Part shown: piece by piece, positions 1 through 10,338 of the stretch
Position numbering within the stretch: position 1 is the stretch's first letter
Layout of the letters: every line of letters begins with the position of its first letter
Assembly: GCA_045808105.1 (NCBI GenBank)
Contig: JBJMGC010000031.1
Span: 854-64,853, forward strand
Length of the DNA: 64,000 nucleotides
Source: Acidobacteriaceae bacterium
GTDB lineage: Bacteria; Acidobacteriota; Terriglobia; Terriglobales; Acidobacteriaceae
Direction of reading: 5' to 3'
Notes under the pieces: generated by a model
Told to the model about the DNA's origin: nothing
Seen by the model: the letters and a program-made list of their open reading frames with translations, nothing else
Databases searched by the model: none
Position numbers and translations under genes: made by a program

Positions 1-306
1 TACGGACTGGCGCTCGAGCGTCTGCTGAACCCGCCGCAGCAGATTGTCATCGTCGGCGAGGACGATCTGGCGCATGCGCTGGAATCTGCGGCGCGCAGCG
101 GCTATGCGGTTAACAAGACGGCGCTGCGGGCACCCGCAGCAGTGATGCGAGATGGCGCTTTGCCGCCCGTGCTCAAGGCAACAATAACGCAACTGCCGCA
201 GTTACAAGAACAAACTAGCTTTGCTGTGGTCTGCCAGGGAACGATGTGTCTTCCTCCGGTGCACACGGTGAAAGAGTTGCTTTCGGCGACTGCAACTCAG
301 GGTTAG
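1..306 (+). CDS. C-terminal fragment of thioredoxin-domain protein (YyaL/SSP411-like), 5' truncated by window
   Basis: Frame 1 is open from base 1 to TAG at 304-306. It ends ...QIVIVGE...FAVVCQGTMCLPPV..., matching the A-x-V-C-x4-C-x-P-P C-terminal motif of YyaL-type proteins. Confidence 0.7.
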   Translation, partial: YGLALERLLNPPQQIVIVGEDDLAHALESAARSGYAVNKTALRAPAAVMRDGALPPVLKATITQLPQLQEQTSFAVVCQGTMCLPPVHTVKELLSATATQG

Positions 307-309
307 CAG

Positions 310-1302
310 CTATCCACCTGAAAATGGGTTGATCTCATTCGGCTTGTTGGTGGTGGGATCAGGTGCCGGCGCGGCCTTCGCCTGCTCTCCGGGCATTGCA
401 ATGCCCTTGGCGCCGGGAACGCGGAAGGGACTGCCGGGCAGCATGTTGTGCTCTTCGAGCGCCAGCCGGAGCCGCTTCTGCATCTCGCGCACCGCATCGA
501 ATTGCTTTCTCGCCTGCGTCTTCACGCTGATGACATAGATCACTTCCGAGCCCTTGATCTGATCGACGCCGAGCACCTTCGGGTCTTCGAGGAAGATGTC
601 TTTGTACGCTGGCTCCTGGCGCACCTGGTCGATGATCTTGTTGAGCAACGTGATCACCTTGTCTGGATCGGCGGAAAAATCGACCGAGATGTTGAGCGTG
701 GTGGTGGTGTAGTCGCGACTCTGATTGGCCACGTTGGTGATCTGGCTGTTGGGAATGAGATAGAGGGTGCCGTCGCCGCCACGCACAGACGTTTTGCGCA
801 GCGACATCGATTCCACAGTGCCCGTCACGCCTGCGAGGGTGACCCAATCGCTAACGTTGTACTGATCCTCAACCAGAAACAGCATGCCGTTGATCATGTC
901 CTTGACGATGGTCTGCGCCGCGAGACCGATAGCCACGCCGGCTACGCCCGCAGAGGCTAGCAGCGGCGTCGGATTGAAGTCGAAGACTTCGCGCAGGATG
1001 CTGATCGTGGCGAAGAAACCGACGATACCGAAACCAGTGGCGCGCAGTACGGACGCAAGCGTGCGAACCTGCGAAGTGCGTGCGAGGCCGACGCCTGGAT
1101 GCCTCTCGGCCGCGCGGCGCATGCGGTCGGTGATGACTTTCACTAGCCAGACAGCAAGCCACGCGAAGAGCAGAATCGCGATCAGGTGTTTCAGGTCGTT
1201 GACCAGGAAGTCCTGCGCGCTGTCGACCCAGTTTTGCCACATGGATTGAAATGCCTCGCGCAGGGGCGGGCGGCGGTTCGGCGGCGCGAGCAAAAGGAGC
1301 AT
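310..1302 (-). CDS. Small-conductance mechanosensitive channel (MscS family)
   Basis: TM helices followed by LLASAGVAGVAIGLAAQ, GTVESMSLRKT and IPNSQI, which are MscS signatures. Confidence 0.92.
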   Translation of the reverse strand: MLLLLAPPNRRPPLREAFQSMWQNWVDSAQDFLVNDLKHLIAILLFAWLAVWLVKVITDRMRRAAERHPGVGLARTSQVRTLASVLRATGFGIVGFFATISILREVFDFNPTPLLASAGVAGVAIGLAAQTIVKDMINGMLFLVEDQYNVSDWVTLAGVTGTVESMSLRKTSVRGGDGTLYLIPNSQITNVANQSRDYTTTTLNISVDFSADPDKVITLLNKIIDQVRQEPAYKDIFLEDPKVLGVDQIKGSEVIYVISVKTQARKQFDAVREMQKRLRLALEEHNMLPGSPFRVPGAKGIAMPGEQAKAAPAPDPTTNKPNEINPFSGG

Positions 1303-1349
1303 GCAGGCCTTTCACGTCCAGATTTTGCAGTCGTTTCTATAATGAACGG

Positions 1350-1766
1350 ATGCGATGCTCATTTGCCAACTTGCGCTGGGGGGTAGGGGCCGCCGCCGCG
1401 CTCCTGCTGGCCGGGTCATGGGTAGCGGTCGTGGGAGCTGGACCTCATGTGATTTCAGCGGCGCAGTTGCAGCAACCGCAGACGCCAAACTTGCAGCAGC
1501 CAGCAGGAGGCCCTCCGAGCTTTGGCGAGCCGCCTAATCCCGGCGATCCCATGGAGCGCCTCCGTCAGGAAAAAATGGAGAAGGCGCGAAATAATGACCG
1601 GCAGAAGCAGCTGGAGAAGGACACAGACAAGCTGCTGTCATTGGCGAAAGAGCTGAAGGAACAAGTGGGCAAGTCCAACGCGGGCACGCTTTCCATAGAC
1701 GTGGTGAAAAAGGCGGCTGAGATTGAAAAGCTGGCCAAGAGCGTGAAGGAACGGATGCGCGGCTAG
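1350..1766 (+). CDS. Exported hypothetical protein with C-terminal helical hairpin/coiled coil
   Basis: In-frame ATG at 1350, signal-peptide-like N-terminus, Pro/Gln linker, then amphipathic helices (DTDKLLSLAKELK...KKAAEIEKLAKSVKERM). Confidence 0.7.
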   Translation: MRCSFANLRWGVGAAAALLLAGSWVAVVGAGPHVISAAQLQQPQTPNLQQPAGGPPSFGEPPNPGDPMERLRQEKMEKARNNDRQKQLEKDTDKLLSLAKELKEQVGKSNAGTLSIDVVKKAAEIEKLAKSVKERMRG

Positions 1767-1781
1767 ACCATCCGAGCGAAG

Positions 1782-2996
1782 CTAGCAATGCGCCAGACAA
1801 CGGACGATAAGCAATGTCTGATCGTCCTCCTGCTTCCCCCATGCGCTGACTGCCTGCAACACATCGCCGGCAAGCCGGGCTAAGGGCGCGTCAGGGTTTG
1901 GGATGATGCAGCTTTCCAGGCCGGCGATGCCGAACTCACGGCCTTCTGCATTGCCCGTCTTACAGGTTTCGAGGATGCCGTCGGTTGCGATGAGCAACAG
2001 ATCGCCCGGCGCGATGGTGATCTCAACGGCGGAGAAGTGGCTCCCAGGAATGAGCCCTAGCGGAAACTGCTCCAGGTTCAACTGGTCGAACGTGCTGAGT
2101 TCTTTCGAATAGTGAAGAACCGGGGGATGGCCGGCGATGGCATGGCGAACTTTCCCGAAGGCCCCGAGCTGCAGTGCGGCGAATGCTGCGTACATGTGGC
2201 TTTCCTTGACGGCGGGCAGAACGCTGTCGAGACGATCTAAGAGCATAGGAAGCCGTTCCGAAGAGGTCGTTGGCTCGAGCAGCGCGGTGCGGACCGCGGC
2301 TTTCAGCATGCCCATCAGGATGCCGGCCTGGAGCCCGTGACCGGCCACGTCGGCCACGTAGGCGATGTCGCCGTCGGTGGACGCGATGAGATCAACCAGA
2401 TCGCCACCGACTCGCTCGCTGGGACGGGTGACTCCATAGATTTCATAGAGACCGCTCACGCACTGGATGGGCGGAACGAGCGTCTGCTGGATGCTGTGCG
2501 CCAGATCGAGCTCGTTCTGGATGCGGATGGCTTCGGTTGCTTGCCTCCTGATGAAGTTCAGGAAGAGGAAGTAAGAAACGAAGACCAGCACCCAAATGAG
2601 ATTTGCCGCAATCCGCGGGGTGGCGGGGAAGCCCAACGGCCCATGAGAAAGCCAGGGCAATAGCCGAGCGATCAAAAAGCTTAACGCCGCACTTAAAAAG
2701 CTGTGGCAGAACCCGACAAGGATGGTCAGAGACCACGGCTTGTGAATGAGTATCCAGGGATAGAGGACCGAGTAAAGCCCGTTCACAATACCTGCAAACA
2801 AGACGAGAGAAATCGGGAGCGGATGCGCCGAAACGAGACTGAGATAGGGGCCGTATACAACAAATATGGTGAAAACGGCCATATAAAGAGACAGCAGCTG
2901 ACGAGAAGAAAAACGACTGAGTGCTGTCCAGCGCTGGGCGCGCCGCAGGTACCAGGGACGGAGACGCCTGTCGAGCAGAAGAGGCATGGCGCCCAC
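1782..2996 (-). CDS. Membrane-bound PP2C/SpoIIE-family (RsbU-like) Ser/Thr phosphatase
   Basis: About 4 N-terminal TM helices; ELDLAHSIQ, VGGD, VADVAGHG, AGHPP, TDGILE and EDDQT motifs. Confidence 0.9.
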   Translation of the reverse strand: MGAMPLLLDRRLRPWYLRRAQRWTALSRFSSRQLLSLYMAVFTIFVVYGPYLSLVSAHPLPISLVLFAGIVNGLYSVLYPWILIHKPWSLTILVGFCHSFLSAALSFLIARLLPWLSHGPLGFPATPRIAANLIWVLVFVSYFLFLNFIRRQATEAIRIQNELDLAHSIQQTLVPPIQCVSGLYEIYGVTRPSERVGGDLVDLIASTDGDIAYVADVAGHGLQAGILMGMLKAAVRTALLEPTTSSERLPMLLDRLDSVLPAVKESHMYAAFAALQLGAFGKVRHAIAGHPPVLHYSKELSTFDQLNLEQFPLGLIPGSHFSAVEITIAPGDLLLIATDGILETCKTGNAEGREFGIAGLESCIIPNPDAPLARLAGDVLQAVSAWGKQEDDQTLLIVRCLAHC

Positions 2997-3032
2997 CTTA
3001 TCAAAGTGAGCGCCGCGAAAAATGCGCGAGGA

Positions 3033-5297
3033 CTACAGAAACAGTGGCGCCAGCACCAGCGTTACGGTTGCGAGCAGCTTGATCAGCACGTGCAGCGATG
3101 GGCCTGCGGTGTCCTTGAAGGGATCGCCGACTGTATCGCCGACAACGGCTGCTTTGTGCGCTTCCGAGCGCTTGCCGCCATACTGACCGGTCTCAATGAA
3201 TTTTTTGGCGTTGTCCCATGCGCCGCCGCCGTTGTTCATTAGCATCGCGAGCAAAATGCCCGAGATGGTGCCCACCATCAGCAGGCCGGCCACGCTTTCC
3301 GCTCCCGTCAGATTGACAGGTTGGCCGTGCAGCATAAGGGTGTCAGCGCTGACATCGCGTACGCGGAAGCTATCACTCAGATGGCGGAAGATGAGACCGA
3401 CGGCCAGCGGCATGGCAACAGCAAGCGCGCCGGGCAGCACCATCTCCTTCAGCGCTGCTCCGGTCACGATGCGAACGCAGCGACCGTAGTCGGGCTTGGA
3501 GGTCCCCTCCATGATGCCGGGGTTCTCCTTGAACTGCGCGCGTACATCCTTGATGACGAACTGCGCAGTGCGGCCGACCGCTTTGATGGCCATCGAGGAG
3601 AAGAGATAGGTGAGCATGGCTCCCAGCAGCGCGCCGACGAAGACCGGAACGCTAGCGAGATTCACATGGGTGAATTGCCAGTTTGCAGGCAGCACTTGGC
3701 CAGCATCGGCGAAGCGGTGCGCGACGATGTCGTGGACGCTCTCCAGATAGGCAGAGAAGAGAAGGAAAGCCGCCAGCGCGGCAGAGCCGATCGCGTAGCC
3801 CTTGGTGAGCGCCTTGGTGGTGTTGCCGGCCGCGTCCAGCTTGTCCGTCTTCTCGCGTACGGCATCGGGCTGGTTGGACATTTCGATGATGCCGCCGGCG
3901 TTGTCAGTGATGGGGCCGAAGGTATCCATGGCGAGGATGTAGGCCGAGGCGGAGAGCATGCCCATGGTGGCGATGGCCGTGCCGTAAATGCCGCGGGCGT
4001 AGTTGGAAACTCCTGCGTGATCGGCCAGCCCGCGCACGCCGAAGTAGTAGCTGAGCAAGAGCGCGAGGCTGATAACGATGACCGGCATGGCCGGCGTCTC
4101 CATCCCGACAGCGAGGCCGCTGATGATGTTGGTGGCCGGACCGGTGAGTGACGCCTCTGCAATCGAGCGGACCGGACGATAGCGGGTTTCCGTGTAGTAC
4201 TCGGTGATGCGGACGAAGAGGAACGAGGTGATGATGCCGACGATGCCGGAACCGAGCAGCCACCAGCGCCCCTGCAGCATGAAATAGACCGCTGCCGCGA
4301 AGCCCAGCAGCGCAAGGAACGACGTGACGTAGTAGCCGCGATTCAGCGCGTGCATCGGGTCTTCGTCTTCGCGCGAGTGAACGATGCTGACCCCGATGAT
4401 GGAGGCGATGAGATTGATCGCCTGGATGATCAGCGGAAAGAGGATGCCCTTGATACCGAAGACAGGGAAGAGCGCCGCACCCAGAATCATCGCGCCAACA
4501 TTTTCAGCGGCGGTGGACTCGAAGATGTCCGCACCGCGGCCGGCGCAGTCGCCAACGTTGTCGCCAACGAGATCGGCGATAACGGCGGGGTTGCGCGGAT
4601 CGTCCTCCGGGATACCGGCCTCGACCTTGCCGACCAGGTCCGCGCCCACGTCGGCGGCCTTGGTGTAAATACCGCCGCCCAGCTGCGCAAACAGGGCGAC
4701 CAGCGATGCGCCGAAACCGAAGCCGACCAGTTCATAAGGCGTCGCTTCAGGATGCTCCAGGCCCCCGAACAGGAAAAACAGCACGCCGATGCCGAGCAGT
4801 GAGAGCGAAACGACGACAAGACCGGTCACAGCGCCGCCGCGCAGGGCGGTTTGCAGAGCGCGGCCCAGGCTGGTGCGGGCAGCACTCGCAGCGCGAATGT
4901 TAGTCCGAATGGAGACAAACATGCCCGTGAAGCCGGAGAGGCCGGAACAGATGGCGCCGATCAGAAAGCTGATGACGACCTTATTGGCAAACGGAGCGGT
5001 AAAAGGGGAGAGCCGGTATCCAATAAAGAGGAGTACGGCAAGCACTACCGCGATAATGGCAATAGTCCCGTACTGCCGGGACATGAACGCCTCAGCTCCT
5101 TCGCGGATGGCATTGGAGATCGCCTGCATCTCGCTGGTGCCTGCATCGATCGAAAGGACGGATCGGGAGAAGACAAATGCAACAAGGAGGCCCAGGACGC
5201 CGATTGCCAGCGCGCCCCACAAATAAATACTGCCGCTGTCTGGGGTGCTGGGGGAGCCTATCTGAAACCCCACGGCCCACAGGCCGACGTTCTGCAT
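3033..5297 (-). CDS. hppA: Membrane-bound ion-translocating pyrophosphatase, probably K+-independent H+-PPase
   Basis: GGGIYTKAADVGADLVGKVE, DNVGDCAG, GNTTKA and GDTVGDPFKDT motifs with many TM helices. Confidence 0.96.
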   Translation of the reverse strand: MQNVGLWAVGFQIGSPSTPDSGSIYLWGALAIGVLGLLVAFVFSRSVLSIDAGTSEMQAISNAIREGAEAFMSRQYGTIAIIAVVLAVLLFIGYRLSPFTAPFANKVVISFLIGAICSGLSGFTGMFVSIRTNIRAASAARTSLGRALQTALRGGAVTGLVVVSLSLLGIGVLFFLFGGLEHPEATPYELVGFGFGASLVALFAQLGGGIYTKAADVGADLVGKVEAGIPEDDPRNPAVIADLVGDNVGDCAGRGADIFESTAAENVGAMILGAALFPVFGIKGILFPLIIQAINLIASIIGVSIVHSREDEDPMHALNRGYYVTSFLALLGFAAAVYFMLQGRWWLLGSGIVGIITSFLFVRITEYYTETRYRPVRSIAEASLTGPATNIISGLAVGMETPAMPVIVISLALLLSYYFGVRGLADHAGVSNYARGIYGTAIATMGMLSASAYILAMDTFGPITDNAGGIIEMSNQPDAVREKTDKLDAAGNTTKALTKGYAIGSAALAAFLLFSAYLESVHDIVAHRFADAGQVLPANWQFTHVNLASVPVFVGALLGAMLTYLFSSMAIKAVGRTAQFVIKDVRAQFKENPGIMEGTSKPDYGRCVRIVTGAALKEMVLPGALAVAMPLAVGLIFRHLSDSFRVRDVSADTLMLHGQPVNLTGAESVAGLLMVGTISGILLAMLMNNGGGAWDNAKKFIETGQYGGKRSEAHKAAVVGDTVGDPFKDTAGPSLHVLIKLLATVTLVLAPLFL

Positions 5298-5386
5298 GCA
5301 AGTTCTCCGAAAGAATTGGGTTAGTGCGCGCCCGCCGTTGCCGCCGCAGCGCTCAGCCGGGAAAGCCTCAGCTTCGAGGAAGGCTG

Positions 5387-5416
5387 ATTAGAGCACGGGT
5401 GGAAAAAGTCAGTCAA
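5387..5416 (-). promoter_or_regulatory. Putative sigma70 promoter of hppA
   Basis: Minus strand TTGACT-N18-TCTAAT with TG-n extended -10, about 90 bp upstream of the hppA ATG. Confidence 0.4.
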
Positions 5417-5557
5417 ACCGCGGAGTTTGTCCAGGCCCGTCCTTTTGCCACGGCGAAACAAATCTGCGTCTCGTGCATCTTCTTAGCAAGCGTAAGGGCG
5501 CGCTGACAGGATACAATCGCCAGTCGTTTTGACTTGGGAAGGTAGTCAGGAGTGTGT

Positions 5558-7732
5558 ATGGGGAGTGTGGCGGCAGAGCGGCGCGTCAAGAGCGCCGGCG
5601 GCGAACTGAGCGGGTTGACGGGCACAGACTGGGTAGATGTCTACCGGCTGATGTACCTGTCGCGGCGTTTGGACGATCGCGAAATACTGTTGAAGAATCA
5701 GCAAAAGATATTCTTCCAGATCTCCGGCGCCGGCCATGAAGCGCTGCTGATCGCGGCGGGCAAGGCCTTGAAGCCCGGCTACGACTGGTTCTATCCCTAT
5801 TACCGCGATCGCGCGCTTTGCCTGACGCTGGGCGTGACGGCGGACGAGATGCTGCTGCAGGCGGTGGGGGCGGCAGCCGACCCGTCCAGCGGCGGACGGC
5901 AGATGCCGTCACACTGGGGCAACCAGCGGCTGAACATTGTCTCCCAAAGCTCTTCCGTGGCCACGCAGATGCTGCAGGCGGTGGGTTGCGCCGAAGCCGG
6001 CCGCTACCTGGCCAATCATCCAAGCGCACAGGAGCGCCAGGCGAACGACTACCGCGCTTTCCACAACGCAACCTTCCAGGGAGACGAAGTTGTGTTCGCC
6101 TCGATCGGTGAAGGCTCCACCAGCCAGGGTGAATTCTGGGAATCGGTGAGCACGGCATCACTGGAGAAGCTGCCACTGCTCTTCGTCGTGGAAGACAACG
6201 GCTACGCCATCTCAACCCCGGTAGAGGTGAATACGCCCGGCGGCAATATCTCAAAACTGGTGGCGAACTTCCCGAATTTCTTCTTCGCCGAGGTGGATGG
6301 CACTGATCCGGTAGAAAGTTATGCCGCGATGGCGAAGGCCGTGGCGCATTGCCGTGCGCGGAAGGGTCCCGCATTCGTGCACGGGCATGTGACGCGCCCC
6401 TATTCGCATTCGCTTTCCGACAACGACAAGCTGTACCGTCCGGCTGCCGAGCTAGAGGCGGAAAACCTTCGCGATCCGCTGCCCAAGCTGCAACTTAGGC
6501 TGCTGCGCGAAGGCGTGATCGATGCGGAAGGAATCACACGCCTGGAGAAGGCAATCGATGACGAGATACAAGCGGCAACCGACCGGGCGCTGCGCGCGCC
6601 CTTTGCCGCCGCGGACACGATTTACAACTACGTGTACTCGCCGCATATCGATCCGACGTCGGAGTCGTTTGCTGCGGAAAAGCCGCCGGAGTCCAGCGGT
6701 CCCGACCGGACCATGGCTGACCTGATCAATGCCTGCCTGAAAGACGAGATGAAGCGCGACCCCCGCATCATCGCCTTCGGCGAAGATGTTGCGGATTGCA
6801 GCCGTGAAGAGAACCTGAAGAGTGGAGCGGTGAAGGGAAAAGGCGGCGTCTTCAAGCTGACCGCCGGGCTGCAATGCGAGTACGGCAGCGATAGAGTGTT
6901 CAACTCTCCGCTAGCCGAAGCGAACATCGTAGGTCGCGCAGTTGGGGTGGCCACACGCGGCATGAAGCCGGTTGCGGAGATCCAGTTCTTCGATTACATC
7001 TGGCCCGCGATGCATCAGCTGCGCAACGAACTGGCGCCCATGCGCTGGCGGTCCAACAATGCGTTCTCGTCTCCGGCGGTCATCCGGGTCGCCATCGGCG
7101 GCTATCTGACGGGCGGCGCGCTCTATCACTCGCAGAGCGGCGAGGTGCTGTTTACCCATACGCCCGGAATGCGGGTGGTCTTTCCATCCAATGCGCTCGA
7201 TGCCAACGGGCTGCTGCGCACAGCCATCCGCTGCGACGATCCGGTGATGTTCCTGGAGCACAAGCGCCTCTACCGCGAGTCCTATGGACGTGCGCCGTAT
7301 CCCGGGCCGGATTACATGGTTCCATTCGGCAAGGCAAAGACGGTGCGGGAAGGCAAGCATGTGACACTGGTGACCTATGGAGCCCTGGTGCCTCGGTCAC
7401 TGCAGGCGGCACAGCGCGCCAGCCGCGAGCTGGGTATCGAAACCGAGGTCATCGATCTTCGGACGCTTAGTCCCTACGACTGGGAAGCGATTGCTGAAAG
7501 CGTTCGCCGCACAAATCGGGTCATCGTGGCGCACGAAGACGTGCTGAGCTGGGGCTACGGAGCGGAGATCGCCGCGCGCATTGCGGACGAGCTGTTCGAT
7601 GATCTGGATGCGCCGGTAAAGCGGGTGGCGGCGACGGATACCTTTGTGGCGTACCAGCCGCAACTGGAAAACGTCATCCTGCCGCAGCCGGAGGATGTGT
7701 TCCGCGCGATCGAGAAATTGGCGAAGTTCTAG
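5558..7732 (+). CDS. 2-oxoacid (probably branched-chain) dehydrogenase E1, fused alpha/beta subunit
   Basis: AGHEA, YYRD, TPP-binding [12 protein letters not shown]...[34 protein letters not shown] and DLRTL motifs. AGGAG RBS before the ATG at 5558. Confidence 0.92.
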   Translation: MGSVAAERRVKSAGGELSGLTGTDWVDVYRLMYLSRRLDDREILLKNQQKIFFQISGAGHEALLIAAGKALKPGYDWFYPYYRDRALCLTLGVTADEMLLQAVGAAADPSSGGRQMPSHWGNQRLNIVSQSSSVATQMLQAVGCAEAGRYLANHPSAQERQANDYRAFHNATFQGDEVVFASIGEGSTSQGEFWESVSTASLEKLPLLFVVEDNGYAISTPVEVNTPGGNISKLVANFPNFFFAEVDGTDPVESYAAMAKAVAHCRARKGPAFVHGHVTRPYSHSLSDNDKLYRPAAELEAENLRDPLPKLQLRLLREGVIDAEGITRLEKAIDDEIQAATDRALRAPFAAADTIYNYVYSPHIDPTSESFAAEKPPESSGPDRTMADLINACLKDEMKRDPRIIAFGEDVADCSREENLKSGAVKGKGGVFKLTAGLQCEYGSDRVFNSPLAEANIVGRAVGVATRGMKPVAEIQFFDYIWPAMHQLRNELAPMRWRSNNAFSSPAVIRVAIGGYLTGGALYHSQSGEVLFTHTPGMRVVFPSNALDANGLLRTAIRCDDPVMFLEHKRLYRESYGRAPYPGPDYMVPFGKAKTVREGKHVTLVTYGALVPRSLQAAQRASRELGIETEVIDLRTLSPYDWEAIAESVRRTNRVIVAHEDVLSWGYGAEIAARIADELFDDLDAPVKRVAATDTFVAYQPQLENVILPQPEDVFRAIEKLAKF

Positions 7733-7933
7733 TCCAGGGATCGGTTGGTCCTATGAACAAATCGGTCCCCATGGATTTGGTTCCTAAGTAAAATTGCCGA
7801 CTATCTCCCGCAGATATATTGAAGGGCCCAACAGAACCTCACGTTGCCTTTTGTCAAAGAAAGGCCACTCGGAGACGGTCTCGGCTATCTGAGTACCAGG
7901 GGAACTACTCTAACCGGCACCTTCAGGATCAGA

Positions 7934-8755
7934 ATGCAACGACGCTTACTCCTCGTAGATGACGAATCCGTTATCCGTATCACGCTGTCGGCCATACTTA
8001 GCAGATATGGCTTTGAGGTAAGCGCTGCGGCATCTGTTGCCGAGGCACTCCAGAAGATCACCTCGCAAAAATTCGACGTGCTCCTATCCGATCTGAATAT
8101 CGGCAATCCCGGAGATGGTCTGACTGTAGTGAGCGCCATGCGCAGGACGCAGCCAGAGGCGGTCACGATGATTCTTACCGGCTACCCTGCGTTTGAAACT
8201 GCGCTCGAAGCAATTCGCCAGCAAGTAGATGATTACATCGTAAAACCGGCCGATATTCCCGCGCTGGTGAACACGATCGAAAACAAATTGGCGAGCCCGC
8301 CGCGGCAACGCCACCTGCCGCCGCCCAAGCGCGTCGCGATGATCCTGCAGGAACGGCTTGAACGCATCGAGAAACTGTGGCTCTCAGCGGTTGAAAACGA
8401 TGCTGCGTTATCACGGATGGCTCAGAAGAAAGAGCAGCGGCTGGAGTATCTCAGAGGCATTCTGAATGAGCTCATTCGTGCGGCGCAGTCCTACTCCGGC
8501 GAAGAGATTCCGGAACACAAACGCTTGTCGGGCGGGTATCATCGCCGACGCGACTTAGACGGATATACCCCCAGCATGATGCTGGCCGAGTTCTGCCTGC
8601 TGCGGCGCGTTGTGGCCCAGGTAGTTCAAGAAAACCTGCTTGCAGTAAATCTCAGCTATCTCATTCCGGATCTCGCCCGAGTGAACGAGAGCCTGGATGA
8701 GCAGGCACGAGCAGCGCTCACGACCTGGTCGGAATATACAAAGACATCCGGCTAG
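7934..8755 (+). CDS. Response regulator (REC domain plus helical RsbRD_N-like C-terminal domain)
   Basis: LLVDDE, LLSDLNI (phospho-Asp), LTGY and YIVKP motifs. The C-terminal domain is all-helical with no obvious HTH. Confidence 0.85.
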   Translation: MQRRLLLVDDESVIRITLSAILSRYGFEVSAAASVAEALQKITSQKFDVLLSDLNIGNPGDGLTVVSAMRRTQPEAVTMILTGYPAFETALEAIRQQVDDYIVKPADIPALVNTIENKLASPPRQRHLPPPKRVAMILQERLERIEKLWLSAVENDAALSRMAQKKEQRLEYLRGILNELIRAAQSYSGEEIPEHKRLSGGYHRRRDLDGYTPSMMLAEFCLLRRVVAQVVQENLLAVNLSYLIPDLARVNESLDEQARAALTTWSEYTKTSG

Positions 8756-9657
8756 GGATTTCGGTCGCCGTTGGCTGATGCGAGAAATTGCTGAAGCGCG
8801 GCCGTACTCTCTGGATCTTCGAGCGTAGTGCTGTGCACCGTCCTCACGGGTGGCGCTGCCTTCGCAACGTAGCCGGGGCCAGCTGCGTTCGCAGGCAACA
8901 GCAACAGCTTGTCGACTGACGGGGATCGGAGAGCAGCCGCGGGATTGAAGTGGTCGCGTGCCAGCAGCCGTATGGGCAGGATGTGCGTCCAGCGCGGCGC
9001 TTCGAGCAGCCCCAACGTAGGCGGTTGAGGGTCGATCATGACCAGGCGATCCAGTTCCGGGTGCTGAAGCGTAAGATTCGCAGCTACCGTGCCTCCGAGC
9101 CCTCGGCCAATGACGATCAAGTGGCTCGGCCCGATGTGGCGCATGCTTGCGAGGTAATAAAGCGCGGCGTCGGCATCCTGTTTCCAATGCTTCTCGGACG
9201 GCTTTGCCCATTCGCTCTTTCCGAAGCCGCGCGGATCGAATGCGAAGACATCCTTGCCCAACGCATGCAACGCGAGAATGTCAGGCAGGGCGTCGGAAAG
9301 CGATCCGCTCGCGTCATGCAGATAAAGGATCGCCGTCGCCGTCGTCGGCGTAGTGGTGTTTGCCGGAACCCACCAGCCGTTCAGCCGGGTCTTCCCCGCC
9401 TCGGTGGCATCGAAGCGGATATCTTCGAACGCCACGTTGTGGTTCGCTGGCGTTCTGGCGACCCCATGCGTAGGGTGGAAGATGAGTTGCCATTGGCCCT
9501 GCCAGAAGAGCAGAGCGATCGCGAAATAAAGCGCGGCGAGCGAGGCCACCAGCATCACGCCGATGCCGCCCAGAATCCAGCGGTGCGCGACCAGCGGATT
9601 GCGCGGACGCAACGGGTCATCGAAATGTGGCGGCGTGGGACGGGTCGACGCAGACAT
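8752..9657 (-). CDS. Alpha/beta-hydrolase-fold membrane protein with degenerate nucleophile motif
   Basis: N-terminal TM, LNGWWVP, LYLHD, FDPRGFGKS and DADAAL. The nucleophile elbow reads GRGLGG instead of GxSxGG. Confidence 0.85.
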   Translation of the reverse strand: MSASTRPTPPHFDDPLRPRNPLVAHRWILGGIGVMLVASLAALYFAIALLFWQGQWQLIFHPTHGVARTPANHNVAFEDIRFDATEAGKTRLNGWWVPANTTTPTTATAILYLHDASGSLSDALPDILALHALGKDVFAFDPRGFGKSEWAKPSEKHWKQDADAALYYLASMRHIGPSHLIVIGRGLGGTVAANLTLQHPELDRLVMIDPQPPTLGLLEAPRWTHILPIRLLARDHFNPAAALRSPSVDKLLLLPANAAGPGYVAKAAPPVRTVHSTTLEDPESTAALQQFLASANGDRNP

Positions 9658-9662
9658 CTCGC

Positions 9663-9833
9663 TCAGCCGAACGCCAGCTCGTCTGCGGATTCCAGCGGCG
9701 TACCACAGACGCGGCAGATAACAGCGGAGCAGTCTCCGCAGGTAAGTGGATCACTCACGGGACGGGCGCAGGTGGGGCACCAGAGAGTAGCCGGGACAGA
9801 ATCCTGCGGGTGCGGTGGCTTCACATCAGGCAT
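9663..9833 (-). CDS. Small Cys-rich zinc-ribbon protein (56 aa)
   Basis: MPDVKPP...CPTC...CGDC...CRVCGTPLE (three CxxC). Its stop lies just upstream of the hydrolase start. Confidence 0.7.
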   Translation of the reverse strand: MPDVKPPHPQDSVPATLWCPTCARPVSDPLTCGDCSAVICRVCGTPLESADELAFG

Positions 9834-9933
9834 GCGATTCCAGCGTAGCAGCCGGGGTGCGACATCATCCAGCCGCGGCATCTTCCACCCAACGAGACCG
9901 TACACTTGATTTAACGAGGAGCAGGGTTCCAGC

Positions 9934-10248
9934 ATGACGCAATGGGTACGGATCGGCGCAGTCTCCGAGATGCCGGCCGAAGGCAGCGCCAAGGCATTCG
10001 AGGCTGCAGGTATACCGATCTGCGTGGCGCGGATTCGCGGGCAGCTCGCGGCGCTGCACAACGAGTGTCCGCATCATGGCGCGCTGCTCTCTGACGGCAC
10101 CATTGAGCACGGACGCGTCGTGTGTGCGTGGCATGGCTGGAGCTTCGATCCGAAGACCGGTGCGGAACTACGCAATCCGCTGGGCAGTGCGACGGTATTC
10201 CCGCTCCGCGTGGAGGGCGACGATGTGATGTGTGAGGTCAAAGCGTAG
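9934..10248 (+). CDS. Rieske [2Fe-2S] ferredoxin (NirD-like)
   Basis: CPHH...CAWHGWSFD Rieske ligands; GAGGAG RBS upstream. Confidence 0.92.
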   Translation: MTQWVRIGAVSEMPAEGSAKAFEAAGIPICVARIRGQLAALHNECPHHGALLSDGTIEHGRVVCAWHGWSFDPKTGAELRNPLGSATVFPLRVEGDDVMCEVKA

Positions 10249-10338
10249 CCTCTGGGCGGAACAGGTTTTCTTCATGGAAAAGCTGCGTCAGCATCTGATA
10301 AGAGTCCCAAAATGTTTCGTGAAAAGGTGTAGAGAGCG

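Noticed and set aside
5298-5386. Riboswitch in the hppA 5'UTR (Na+ or fluoride type)
   Set aside because: Only short generic hairpins are present; I could not recognise a consensus or an expression-platform terminator.
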